A stretch of 64,000 bases of DNA, taken from assembly GCA_033763315.1 (NCBI GenBank), contig JANRKS010000032.1, positions 480,001 through 544,000 on the forward strand, in the 5' to 3' direction. The notes under the pieces are model-generated. The model worked only from the letters and a program-made list of their open reading frames with translations, was not told where the DNA came from and made no database searches. Shown piece after piece: positions 39,260 through 48,730 of this stretch (positions are counted from its first letter, which is position 1; each line of letters begins with the position of its first letter). The stretch is from Deltaproteobacteria bacterium (GTDB lineage: Bacteria; Myxococcota_A; Polyangia; Fen-1088). A program made the translations under genes and the position numbers.

Positions 39260-41050
39260 GTGCCGCGTATCAGTTCCATCCGGCGTGGCCTTCTGCGTGA
39301 GACATGGCTGGCGTACGTGGTGTTTGCCGCCGCGCTTTTGATCACCGTACTTTTGACCAGCGCGTTTTTGAAGGGCGAGCAGGAGCGCCAGGCCTTGGAG
39401 GCACAGAAGCAGGCCATCGACGTTCAGAACCGCTTCGCGACGAGGATGGGTCGCAATATGACAGCGCTCGTCGGCGGCGCGGCGTTGTTTGGTGTGGATG
39501 CCCGTTTGACGCCCGCGGAATTCAGAAATTTCGCTCGCAGTTTGCAGCGCTTCGGCGCCCTTGATGGCGTTCTCGCGTTGGGCTTTTGCCCCCGCGTGAC
39601 GGCGCAAGAGCTGCCGGGGTATTGGGCAACCGTCAAACAGCGCGTGCCCGGCTTTCACGTGTGGCCCGAGGACGCTCGCGATGAGTACTTCCCTGTTGAG
39701 CTCATCGAACCGTTGACGGAGCAGAACCGTAAAGTGATTGGCTACAACATGCACGCCGAAGCCGTGCGCAAAGCAGCCGTGGAGTTCGCCAGAAAGCATG
39801 GTGAGCCCGCCGCTTCGGGACGCTTGTCGCTGTTGCAAGATCAAGGCAAACAGGGCCGCTTCGGCTTCGTAATCTATGTGCCCATTTATCAGCGCGGCGT
39901 AGAGCCGGGCTCTGCCGACGAGCGTGGCGCCGGGCTGGTGGGGTTCATCTTTGCGGCCTACCGGGCGGATGATCTTGTTGCTTGGATCCTATCCGCTGCC
40001 GAGCGCGCCACTTTCGCCGTGCAGTTGTTCACGGGGCCGAGGGACGCCGCCGAAGCGCTTTACCAAAGCCCTTTGCCTGAAGGCAGCGAGCTGATTTCAA
40101 GCCGCTCACTCGGAGTGGGCGGGCGCGATCTAACCTTGAGCCTTTACCTTAAACCACACGCGGTCTCTGCTTGGGATTCGGAGTTGATCGTCAGCGCTGC
40201 GTTGGGCGTCATCGTTAGCTTGCTGTTATTCTTGGTGCTGCGAACTCAAGTGCAGGCTCGGCTCAAGGCTGTCACAAACGCGGCTCATCTGCGCGAAGCG
40301 CGAGCGACGGCCGTGCGCAACTTGCGCGCGCGTGAAACCTTTCTGTCTGTGGCGTCGCATGAATTGAAGACGCCTTTGACCGCGTTGCAGCTGCAGGTTG
40401 ATTCGCTCGCCATGTCCTTGGCGAACGCTGCGCCCGTGGACCTTGATCGACTGCGCGCTCGCGCCGACAACATTGGCCGCCAAACAAAAAGGTTGGGGTC
40501 ACTGGTTGAGGATCTGCTGGATGTCTCGCAGGTCAGCGCCTCACCCCTATCGCTGCAGTTGGAGAACACAAGCCTTGTACCACTGATTCAAGACGTCATA
40601 GATTCATTCGCTACGGCGGCGAAGCAAGCGCACAGCGAGGTGCGGTTCGAGGCCGATGACGATGCCTTGTCCGGTATGTGGGACCGGCGACGGTTGCAGA
40701 AGGTGATCTCGACCCTGGTGTCGAACGCCATCAAATACGGTTGTGGACGTCCCATCGTGCTGACTGCCAAGCGAGAAGACGCGAACGCAGTGATCACTGT
40801 GAGCGACCATGGCATCGGCATCGCGCAAGCGGATCAAGAGCGCATCTTCGGCCGGTTTGAACGGGCCGTTTCGCCAAAGCACTTCGGCGGCATGGGCCTC
40901 GGCCTTTGGATTGCTCGCGCGATTGTGGAATCCATGGGCGGAACGATTCGCGTGGCCAGCTCACCCGGCGCGGGCGCCACCTTTGTGGTTTCGTTACCAG
41001 CAGCCTCGGCCGATTTGCAGGCCTCAGGCGATGCGATGGGCGCCGCGTAA
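39260..41050 (+). CDS. CHASE-domain sensor histidine kinase
   Basis: TM-CHASE (YFPVELIEP..NRKVIGYNM...SGRLSLLQD...FVIYVPIY)-TM, ASHELKTPL, GMGLGL; GTG 39260 with GAGGA RBS. Confidence 0.88.
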   Translation: MPRISSIRRGLLRETWLAYVVFAAALLITVLLTSAFLKGEQERQALEAQKQAIDVQNRFATRMGRNMTALVGGAALFGVDARLTPAEFRNFARSLQRFGALDGVLALGFCPRVTAQELPGYWATVKQRVPGFHVWPEDARDEYFPVELIEPLTEQNRKVIGYNMHAEAVRKAAVEFARKHGEPAASGRLSLLQDQGKQGRFGFVIYVPIYQRGVEPGSADERGAGLVGFIFAAYRADDLVAWILSAAERATFAVQLFTGPRDAAEALYQSPLPEGSELISSRSLGVGGRDLTLSLYLKPHAVSAWDSELIVSAALGVIVSLLLFLVLRTQVQARLKAVTNAAHLREARATAVRNLRARETFLSVASHELKTPLTALQLQVDSLAMSLANAAPVDLDRLRARADNIGRQTKRLGSLVEDLLDVSQVSASPLSLQLENTSLVPLIQDVIDSFATAAKQAHSEVRFEADDDALSGMWDRRRLQKVISTLVSNAIKYGCGRPIVLTAKREDANAVITVSDHGIGIAQADQERIFGRFERAVSPKHFGGMGLGLWIARAIVESMGGTIRVASSPGAGATFVVSLPAASADLQASGDAMGAA

Positions 41051-41097
41051 GCAGCGCCCATCGTGGTCGCGGTCGTTCTTAGCGTATCTTAAGGCTT

Positions 41098-41625
41098 TCA
41101 AACGTTTGGCGAAGGGCGTTTGATGGTCTTCGCCCGGCCGTTGCGTGCTTTGCCGCTCGTCTCTTGCAAGTCCGTCAGACGCTCGCGCATTTGTTCCGCC
41201 AGTCGATCCAACTCGTCTGATGATAGGTCCTGCGACACTTGAGGAAACAGCGACTGCTCTTCCTCTTCCACATGGTGTTCCACTTGCTCCTGAAGAACGC
41301 TTACGGTGGCTTTGAGCATTTCGTCGCCGGCGCTCATGGCTTCGACGTCCGCGATCAGGCGCTTCACAGACAAGTGTTCAACCGCGGCTTCAGCCACAAG
41401 ATCCTCCGTGTCTTGCGTGCGTGCGGCTGGGTAAAAGATCTCCTCTTCGATCACGGCGTGTTGCGTGAGCCGATCACAAATCGTTCGCGCCGCCAGATAC
41501 GCGTTCTCACTGGCCGGATCATCCTCTGCAAGTTCATCGAATTGATCGAACAGCTCTTCCACCTCACGGTGTTGGGCCTCCAGCATGTCGATGGCACTCA
41601 CGTTGTCGTTCTGTTGCTTTTTCAT
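41098..41625 (-). CDS. Hemerythrin/HHE-domain protein
   Basis: QHREVE, HAVIEEEIFYP, EH, HHVEEEE..LFP. Confidence 0.9.
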   Translation of the reverse strand: MKKQQNDNVSAIDMLEAQHREVEELFDQFDELAEDDPASENAYLAARTICDRLTQHAVIEEEIFYPAARTQDTEDLVAEAAVEHLSVKRLIADVEAMSAGDEMLKATVSVLQEQVEHHVEEEEQSLFPQVSQDLSSDELDRLAEQMRERLTDLQETSGKARNGRAKTIKRPSPNV

Positions 41626-41650
41626 CGTCGTTTCCCCCAGCGGTCATCCG

Positions 41651-41666
41651 TGCAACCGCCGTTCCA
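41651..41666 (-). promoter_or_regulatory. sigma54-like promoter TGGAACGGCGGTTGCA
   Basis: Near-consensus. Confidence 0.7.
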
Positions 41667-41783
41667 GCGGCGCGGGCGGACGTGCCACCGAATTCATGTG
41701 CTGGCGGTAACGGTTTGGGCCTCGCGGTGTAAAACGAGTAACCGTCCGGTGAGTTTGAAGAATGAAAAGCGCTGCACAAACTT

Positions 41784-41799
41784 TGGCACGTTTCTCGAA
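41784..41799 (+). promoter_or_regulatory. sigma54-like promoter TGGCACGTTTCTCGAA
   Basis: Perfect -24 element, weak -12. Confidence 0.5.
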
Positions 41800-41816
41800 A
41801 GGGACGCGTGGCCATT

Positions 41817-44645
41817 ATGGCTGATTCCGCTCCCGTACTCACGTATCGCATTCAAGTGAGCCGCGCCTTTGACCTAAGGCGTGTTGGCGATCTGCTTCCG
41901 TACTTGCATAAGCTCGGCGTCAGTCACCTGCACCTTTCGCCGCTGTATAAAGCGATGCCCGGTAGCAACCACGGTTACGATGTTATCGATCACAGTTGTT
42001 TGAACCCCGACGTTGGCACCGAAGAGGAGCTACAAAAAGTGGCTGAAGGCGCCCAACAACTTCAGATGGGGTTGATCTTAGATTTGGTGCCCAATCACAT
42101 GTGCATTGCCAGCGCTGCGAACCGGCAGTGGCAGGATGTGCTCGAAAACGGCCCCAGCGCTGCAGCCGCAGCCTTTTTCGACATCGATTGGGGGCCCCCG
42201 AAAGCTGAACTTGTGAACAAGGTGCTGCTGCCGATCCTTGGCGCTCAATTTGGATTCGAGCTTGAGCGTGGCGCCCTGGAAGTGATCGAGCAGGCGGGTG
42301 TGTTTGTGTTGCGGTACGGCAGTTTGATGCTGCCGTTGGCGCCGCCCTCCTGGCAGCTCATCCTGCAGCCGTGGTGGAAAGCTGTGCGGGCCCAAGAGGG
42401 CCAAGATGGTCCCAACGCCATCGAAATTGAAAGCATCCTGCGCGCCGTCACCCACTGGCCCACAGACGGCGGCCCGCGCGCGTGGCGACACGAACGCGAG
42501 GCGATGGCACGCCGGATCACGCAGCTGTGCCAAGACGATCAGGTGGCGCAAGAGCTTGAACGGCAGCTGGTGCTCATCAACGGCACGCCTGGCGAACCTT
42601 CGAGTTTCGATCGGTTGGAACAGCTCATCGGCCTGCAACACTATCGTTTGGCGAACTGGCGGGTGGCGGCGCACGAGATCAACTACAGGCGCTTCTTTGA
42701 CGTGGACGCGCTCGCAGCGATCCGCGTGGATGACGACGCCGTCTTCGATGCGGTTCACGCCTTACCGCAGCGTTGGCTCGCCAACGGATGGCTCAGTGGT
42801 TTTAGAATCGATCACGTGGATGGCCTTCGCGAGCCACAAGCGTACCTAGATCGGCTGCGCGACCTTGTGCCGCACAAGACGCCTTACGTGGTCGTGGAGA
42901 AGATCTTAAGCCCCGGCGAATCACTGCCTGATTCTTGGAGCGCTTCGGGAACCACCGGATACGAACACCTGGCCTCTGTGGCGAATGTGTTGGTGGACGT
43001 GGAGCAAGCGTGGCGCGTGCGCGAAGCCTGGCGAACGCTGACAGGCTCCGAGGCGGGCTACAAGGACGTGGCTTATGAATCGAAGCGCCTCATCTTGGGC
43101 AGCAGCTTTGCAGGTGAGCTCACTGTGTTGGGGCGACGTTTGGACCGCTTGTCAGAGCAGCATCGTTACAGCCGTGACTTCACCTTGGCGAGCCTTACGG
43201 ATTGCTTGCGCGAGGTGATCGCTTGCTTTCCCGTGTACCGAACCTATGTCACCGAGAGCACGAGCGACGTCACGGATCGCGACGCCCGCATGATCACGCT
43301 GGCCCTCGAAGAGGCGCAACGACGCAACCCCGTCACAAACCAAAGTCTGTTCGATTTCATGCGCGACGTTTTGATGTTGCGTGATCCGGGAGGGCTGACC
43401 GCCGATCAAATGCAAGAGCGCAAGGACTTCGTGCTGCGCTTCCAACAGCTGACCGGACCCGTGACGGCCAAAGGCCTCGAAGATACGGCGTTCTATCGAT
43501 ACTTTCCGCTTTTGGGGCTATCTGAGGTGGGCGTGAATCCAGACCACCTGGGCGTGTCTGTGGATGAATTTCATTTCGTGCAGCGGTTGCGCGCCGAAAC
43601 GCGCCCCAAGGGCTTATCGGCGTCGGCCACACACGACACCAAGCGGGGCGAAGACGCTCGGGCGAGGCTGTGCGTTTTGTCGGAGATTGCCCCCGAATGG
43701 GTGCAAACTGTGTTGCGCTGGCGGGAGCTGAACGCGCCTTTGCGAGTTCACCACGCAGGCAAGTATGCGCCCGACGACATCACCGAGACTTTCATTTATC
43801 AATCGCTGCTTGGCGGCTGCCCACCGGAAGGGTTGGATGTGTCCGGTGATTTTCCCTCGCGCTTTAAGGCTTCGTTGCATAAGGCCCTTGCGGAAGCCAA
43901 ACGCGACACAAGCTGGACCAACCCTGACAAAGCCTATGAGGCCGCGATCGATCGCTATGTTGACGCCTTATTGTCCGAGGAGAAGAGCACCGCTTTCTTG
44001 GCCGATTTTCGCGCCTTCTTTCTGCGCCTGAAAGTGCCAGGCGTGCTCAACAGCTTGGCGCAGGTGATCTTGAAATTTGCGTGCCCCGGCGTACCCGAGC
44101 TTTACCAAGGCACTGAAGGCTGGGATCATTCCTTCGTCGATCCGGACAACCGTCGTCCCGTGGCTTTCGAAACTCTGGGCGCGCGGTTGTCAGCCGTTGC
44201 CGACGCCCCTGTGTCTGCCGAACAGGTGGCCATGTGGCTGCAGAAGCCGGACGATGGCTTGATAAAAATGCTGGTCACCCAGCGCTGCGCGCAGCTTCGG
44301 CACCAGCGCGCGGCTGCGTTAGAAAGCCACCGCTATGAAGTTTGTCGCGTATGGGGGCCACTGGCTCGTCACGTGGTGGCGTTTGCGCGTGGCTACCCGG
44401 GGCAAAGGGTGATCGCCTTGGTGGGGCGGTTGTTTGGCGAGCTGTCGAAAGACGGAGTGGTGCCGACGGGGAAGGCCTGGTCTGAAACGTTCGTGGATGT
44501 TGCCGAACTTATACCGCAGGCTCGGTACGTGAACGTGTTAACCGGCGAAGCGATCATCCCTGGAACGAACAATGGTGCCCAAGGTTTCGCTCTTGACCAA
44601 ACCTTCACGACGCTACCGTTCGCGCTCATCCGCGAAGAAACGTGA
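41817..44645 (+). CDS. treY: Malto-oligosyltrehalose synthase
   Basis: TYRIQ, GSNHGYDV, DLVPNHM, INYRRFFD, RIDHVDGL, VEKIL, ATHDTKRGED, LYQG. Confidence 0.95.
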   Translation: MADSAPVLTYRIQVSRAFDLRRVGDLLPYLHKLGVSHLHLSPLYKAMPGSNHGYDVIDHSCLNPDVGTEEELQKVAEGAQQLQMGLILDLVPNHMCIASAANRQWQDVLENGPSAAAAAFFDIDWGPPKAELVNKVLLPILGAQFGFELERGALEVIEQAGVFVLRYGSLMLPLAPPSWQLILQPWWKAVRAQEGQDGPNAIEIESILRAVTHWPTDGGPRAWRHEREAMARRITQLCQDDQVAQELERQLVLINGTPGEPSSFDRLEQLIGLQHYRLANWRVAAHEINYRRFFDVDALAAIRVDDDAVFDAVHALPQRWLANGWLSGFRIDHVDGLREPQAYLDRLRDLVPHKTPYVVVEKILSPGESLPDSWSASGTTGYEHLASVANVLVDVEQAWRVREAWRTLTGSEAGYKDVAYESKRLILGSSFAGELTVLGRRLDRLSEQHRYSRDFTLASLTDCLREVIACFPVYRTYVTESTSDVTDRDARMITLALEEAQRRNPVTNQSLFDFMRDVLMLRDPGGLTADQMQERKDFVLRFQQLTGPVTAKGLEDTAFYRYFPLLGLSEVGVNPDHLGVSVDEFHFVQRLRAETRPKGLSASATHDTKRGEDARARLCVLSEIAPEWVQTVLRWRELNAPLRVHHAGKYAPDDITETFIYQSLLGGCPPEGLDVSGDFPSRFKASLHKALAEAKRDTSWTNPDKAYEAAIDRYVDALLSEEKSTAFLADFRAFFLRLKVPGVLNSLAQVILKFACPGVPELYQGTEGWDHSFVDPDNRRPVAFETLGARLSAVADAPVSAEQVAMWLQKPDDGLIKMLVTQRCAQLRHQRAAALESHRYEVCRVWGPLARHVVAFARGYPGQRVIALVGRLFGELSKDGVVPTGKAWSETFVDVAELIPQARYVNVLTGEAIIPGTNNGAQGFALDQTFTTLPFALIREET

Positions 44646-44657
44646 CGTAGAGGTACC

Positions 44658-44673
44658 CGGCACGAATCATGCT
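44658..44673 (+). promoter_or_regulatory. sigma54-like promoter CGGCACGAATCATGCT
   Basis: GG-N10-GC; supports a start at 44702 rather than 44669. Confidence 0.7.
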
Positions 44674-44701
44674 TATTGAGCTTGGACGCAGGAGGTCCCT
44701 C

Positions 44702-45640
44702 ATGAAAGCAGTGCCAGCCAAGACGCGAAACCTTTGGGCGATTGTTTTAGCCGGCGGCAAGGGCGCTCGCATTTCGCCCTTGAGTCGCAAGCTTATTGGG
44801 CAAGAGGTGCCGAAGCAGTACCTGCCTTTGTTGAGCTCGAAACGCAGCCTTTTGCAAGAAACCCAGGATCGCTTGGCGTCGTTGGTGCCGCAGGAGCGCA
44901 CCGTGGTGGTGGTGGCGAAAGAATGGGCTTCGTTGGCCGCCAAGCAGCTGCAAGAATACCCTGGTGTGCGCATTGTGCCCCAGCCTGCTGATCGCGGCAC
45001 CACAGCCGGGATCATGTTGCCGCTGTGCCACGTGTTGGCGCATGATCCTCAGGCCGAGGTGCTCATTTCACCGTCGGACCATCACATCGAGCGCCCCGAA
45101 GCCTTGTATGAAGCTGTCGCGCAGATTCGCCAAACAATTCAAGAGTCGCCGCGTGACATCGGCATCTTGGGCATCAAGGCCGAGCACCCCGCGACTGATC
45201 TGGGGTGGATTGAGCCTGGCCAACCTGTGCAGAATTGCCGACGCATCAAAGGGTTTATAGAGAAGCCCGACAGCGAAACGGCGCGCGCGCTTTATAAGGC
45301 ACAGGCCCTATGGAATACCATGATCTTAATGGGCCGCGCCTCGTCTCTTTGGGCCACCGTGTTGCGTGGCAATGAAACGATTCCCTCTTTGTTCGAGCCT
45401 TACATTCAGCAGTTGGTGCAATCGCCATTGTCCGCTGTGGGCTTTGCTGATCGCATTTACGAGCAGATGCCCAACGTTGATTTCAGTTCGGGCGTGCTTG
45501 AGAGGGCCGACAACTTGTTTGTGGCAACCTTAGAGAGGGCAGGGTGGTTCGATTGTGGAACCCCTGAGCGCTTGTTCGACTGGCTACGGCGGACACCAAG
45601 CAGCGACAGTCCGTTTCGGCGTTTGATGGATGCCGCATAG
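44702..45640 (+). CDS. Mannose-1-phosphate guanylyltransferase-like nucleotidyltransferase
   Basis: VLAGGKGAR, PKQY, PSDH, FIEKP, WNT, DFS..VL, W.DCG; RBS AGGAGG. Confidence 0.85.
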   Translation: MKAVPAKTRNLWAIVLAGGKGARISPLSRKLIGQEVPKQYLPLLSSKRSLLQETQDRLASLVPQERTVVVVAKEWASLAAKQLQEYPGVRIVPQPADRGTTAGIMLPLCHVLAHDPQAEVLISPSDHHIERPEALYEAVAQIRQTIQESPRDIGILGIKAEHPATDLGWIEPGQPVQNCRRIKGFIEKPDSETARALYKAQALWNTMILMGRASSLWATVLRGNETIPSLFEPYIQQLVQSPLSAVGFADRIYEQMPNVDFSSGVLERADNLFVATLERAGWFDCGTPERLFDWLRRTPSSDSPFRRLMDAA

Positions 45641-45649
45641 CCAAAGACG

Positions 45650-45963
45650 TGTGCGTCCTCCGCTACAGGTGTCACCACTTCGTAGCGTCAGGAGCTCTAA
45701 GCGCAGTCGCTGACCATTCCACGCGCAGGCTCATCTGGAGGGGCCCATCCCCCCGACAAAACACTGGGCCGTCGCCTGCGTCATCGTGTTTTCGAAAACG
45801 CTGGACGCCGAGGCGGTGCACCCCGGCGTCCTCACTCAAACCCGTCGCCTCTACCCCACCGCCAAACTCCCACGCCACCCAATCCCTTTACACCGCCCAG
45901 CCACACCTACCGTACCCCTGCACCTAACCCCCAGTCCTCCCCATCACCATCCCCGTTTCGTGC
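45650..45963 (-). ncRNA. Candidate sigma54-driven G-rich structured small RNA
   Basis: Promoter 45974-45989(-) points into a segment with no recognisable gene, a G-rich 5' half and nested hairpins in the 3' half; ends are estimates. Confidence 0.4.
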
Positions 45964-45973
45964 CCTCCTAATA

Positions 45974-45989
45974 TTCAAGTCACATGCCA
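45974..45989 (-). promoter_or_regulatory. sigma54-like promoter TGGCATGTGACTTGAA
   Basis: Same GA-variant form as the sites at 20912, 28524 and 52964. Confidence 0.6.
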
Positions 45990-46099
45990 ACGCAACGCCC
46001 GCCGTTTGGGTCGACAAAAGCCGCTCATTCAACGGAGCGCCGTCCCAAAGCCGTTACGCGCATCGTGGTTCGGTAACGTCGTGCACCTCCGCAGATCGT

Positions 46100-46115
46100 C
46101 GGCATACGCCCTGCA
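46100..46115 (+). promoter_or_regulatory. sigma54-like promoter CGGCATACGCCCTGCA
   Basis: GG-N10-GC upstream of tspO-tamA-tamB. Confidence 0.55.
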
Positions 46116-46133
46116 CATACGATTGCCGAGGCA

Positions 46134-46640
46134 ATGAAGACAGTGAACAACACATCGGAAACAACTCGCAAACGCAGCTGGGTTTGGGGCGCAGCGGCCG
46201 TGGTGGGAGCCACCATCGGAGCTGCTGCTTTGGGTGCAACAACGTCTCGCCCCGGCTTGTGGTATCACCAGTTAAGGAAGCCGGTGGGAACACCACCCAA
46301 CGCCGCTTTTGGTCCGGTGTGGACTTTGCTCTACATGGGCATCGCCTATGCCGGTGTCCGTTTGGTGAGAGCCCCCGCCTCACCTGAGCGCAGCAAAGCG
46401 CTCGCGTGGTGGAGCACACAGCTCGCGCTCAACGCCGCTTGGTCGCCAGTGTTCTTCGGCGTGAAACAGCCAGCGGCCGCGATGGTGATCATCGGTGCTT
46501 TGGTGCCTGCGATTGCCGCCACAACAAATGCCGCCCGTAAGGTGGATGGTCCCAGCGCCGTGTTGATGTTGCCGTACTTGGCGTGGACCTCGTACGCAAC
46601 GTATTTGAACGCCGGCATCTTGCTGAAGAACCACGTCTAG
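46134..46640 (+). CDS. tspO: TspO/MBR tryptophan-rich sensory protein
   Basis: WYHQLRKP..TPP...FGPVWTLLY, QLALNAAWSPVFF, LPYLAW. Confidence 0.93.
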   Translation: MKTVNNTSETTRKRSWVWGAAAVVGATIGAAALGATTSRPGLWYHQLRKPVGTPPNAAFGPVWTLLYMGIAYAGVRLVRAPASPERSKALAWWSTQLALNAAWSPVFFGVKQPAAAMVIIGALVPAIAATTNAARKVDGPSAVLMLPYLAWTSYATYLNAGILLKNHV

Positions 46641-46642
46641 CA

Positions 46643-48730
46643 ATGCCTGCTGATCCCTCGAAGCCCGCTCGACGTGGCTGCGGCCCCGGCTTGCTCCTCG
46701 TCCTCCTTACATTGACGCTGATTGGCTGTGCCCAGAAGCAAACGCCTGCGGGGCCGCAGGTGAAGGCGCTTGATATCGAGGGCAACAAGGCCGTAAGCGA
46801 TCGCGCGATCAAAAAGAAGATCGTCATGGAAGCCACGGGCTGGTGGCCCTTTGCAAAGAAAAAGTACTTCGACCCTGTTAGCTGGCACAAAGACAAAGAG
46901 CGCATCAAACGTTTCTATGAAACCCAGGGGTTTTATAAGGCGGAAGTGAGCGTGTCTGATGTGCCGCCCGCCACCCGGCGCGACACGAACGAAAAGGTGG
47001 CCTTGCAAGCCAAAGTGGCTGAAGGGCCACGCTTCGTTTTGGAGACGTTGGCGATCGAAGGCCTCGACGGCGTGCCACCCAAGGTGAAAACGCTTCTGAC
47101 CGAGGATCTTCCTTTGGTGAAGGGCAAGCCGTTCACGGAGGCGGCGTGGGCCGAAGCGAAGAATTCACTGCTTCATGGTCTGCGCAACGCCGGGTTTGGC
47201 GAAGCCGAAGTCAAGGGTATGGCACGCGTGGATTTGGACACGAACGCCGTGCACGCGACGATCCGCGTGGCACCTGGAACCAGTTACAAGTTTGCCGCTC
47301 CTGTTGTGGTGCCCGAATCGCATCCCAAGGTGGATCCCGAATTCATCCGTCAACAGGTGCTGTTGGCCGCGCCTGTGGGTGCACCTTACTCGGAAGAAGA
47401 CGTGGAGGAAGCCACGAGCCGCGTGGCCGCGATGGGCGTGTTCTCGCGCGCGGAAGTGCACCCCGATTTTGAACACGCGTCGCAGGGCGCCGTGCCTCTG
47501 CGGGTGGAGACAGATACAGCGCCGTTTCACACGCTACGCCTGGGTGGTGGCGCGGGGTTTGATCAGGTGCGCAATGAGTTGAGGTTGATCAGCGACTGGT
47601 CCGATCGCAATTTCCTAGGCGGCTTGCGCATCTTGCGCATCCAATCGAAAGTGGGTTGGGCGTTCCTTCCAGACGTGCTTACCAACGTCAGAGGCGATAA
47701 GGCGCTCACCGTGCGCAGCGGCCCCATCGCAAGCTTGCGAACCGAGTTTGAACAACCCCGCTTTTTGGGTAAGCCATCGCTGAAGCTCACCGTGCGCGCG
47801 GAGGGTGAGCGTCAGTTGCAGGAGGCATTCAAGGCATCGACAGGTCGGGCCGGCCCCGAAGTGCAGTGGTTGATCCGATCCAAGTTGCGCTTGTCGGTGG
47901 GGTACACGCTTGATGGCTCTTACCTGGAGACGTTGGCGGCCATCAATCCGATCTCGGCACCGATCGTTTTAGGCTGCGACAATGAAGAAACAAAGTGTTT
48001 GCGATGGCTATCGTTCGTGTCCCAGCGCCTGGTTTACGATCGACGAGACAACCCCCTTGAACCCAAACGAGGTTTCTTTGCAGACTTCGAGCTTCAAGAA
48101 GGTGGCGGGCCCCTGCAAGGCAATTTCACGTATCTGCGCGCCATTCTTGATCTGCGGGTCTATGAGACGTGGGACGATTTTACGCTGTCGGCGCGCTTTC
48201 AGGCTGGATCGCTTTGGAACCCCGCCAACGATCCCGACAAGACGCCCATCTCGCAGCGCTTGTTCGCGGGTGGCGGTATGTCAATGCGCGGCTTCGGGTA
48301 CCGGCGATTCTCGCCGTTGTTGCCCGTGTTTGAAACACCGACCAGCGAGGACGCGGCGTACGTGCCGATTGGTGGGAACGGACTTGTTTTGGGGGCGCTG
48401 GAGGCGCGCTATGGCATGACCGAAGTCCTGGGACTCGCCACGTTCTACGACGCCGCCAACGTCACGCACAAGGCGTTGACCGTGGAAGGCATCGGATCGT
48501 TTCAGCACGCGCTCGGCATTGGTTTGCGGTGGAAAACGCCCGTGGGGCTGTTTCGTTTCGATGTGGCCCGTCGCTTGCCGGGTGGCGTGGTGCGGGACGT
48601 GATTGGGCCCGAGGCGGCGCGCGTGGGCACGGTTAGCGAGGACAGCAGCTGCTTTGGCATCGGCGGAGGCGGCAGCACGCTGCCCGATGGTGCGTGCCAG
48701 ATCCACCTTTCGATTGGAGAGTCATTCTGA
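46643..48730 (+). CDS. Omp85/TamA-family outer-membrane protein, predicted lipoprotein
   Basis: Lipobox LIGC, POTRA-like repeats, FAGGGMSMRGF lid motif, TPVGLFRFD, C-terminal SIGESF. Confidence 0.88.
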   Translation: MPADPSKPARRGCGPGLLLVLLTLTLIGCAQKQTPAGPQVKALDIEGNKAVSDRAIKKKIVMEATGWWPFAKKKYFDPVSWHKDKERIKRFYETQGFYKAEVSVSDVPPATRRDTNEKVALQAKVAEGPRFVLETLAIEGLDGVPPKVKTLLTEDLPLVKGKPFTEAAWAEAKNSLLHGLRNAGFGEAEVKGMARVDLDTNAVHATIRVAPGTSYKFAAPVVVPESHPKVDPEFIRQQVLLAAPVGAPYSEEDVEEATSRVAAMGVFSRAEVHPDFEHASQGAVPLRVETDTAPFHTLRLGGGAGFDQVRNELRLISDWSDRNFLGGLRILRIQSKVGWAFLPDVLTNVRGDKALTVRSGPIASLRTEFEQPRFLGKPSLKLTVRAEGERQLQEAFKASTGRAGPEVQWLIRSKLRLSVGYTLDGSYLETLAAINPISAPIVLGCDNEETKCLRWLSFVSQRLVYDRRDNPLEPKRGFFADFELQEGGGPLQGNFTYLRAILDLRVYETWDDFTLSARFQAGSLWNPANDPDKTPISQRLFAGGGMSMRGFGYRRFSPLLPVFETPTSEDAAYVPIGGNGLVLGALEARYGMTEVLGLATFYDAANVTHKALTVEGIGSFQHALGIGLRWKTPVGLFRFDVARRLPGGVVRDVIGPEAARVGTVSEDSSCFGIGGGGSTLPDGACQIHLSIGESF

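Noticed and set aside
39089-39844. 252-aa N-terminal extension of the NtrC-like ORF
   Set aside because: Overlaps the CHASE kinase on the opposite strand and the promoter region; the REC domain starts right after ATG 39088
45650-45963. Retron msr/msd, RNase P, SRP, tmRNA or 6S identity for the structured segment
   Set aside because: No reverse transcriptase gene nearby and none of the diagnostic motifs recognised; an Rfam search is still needed
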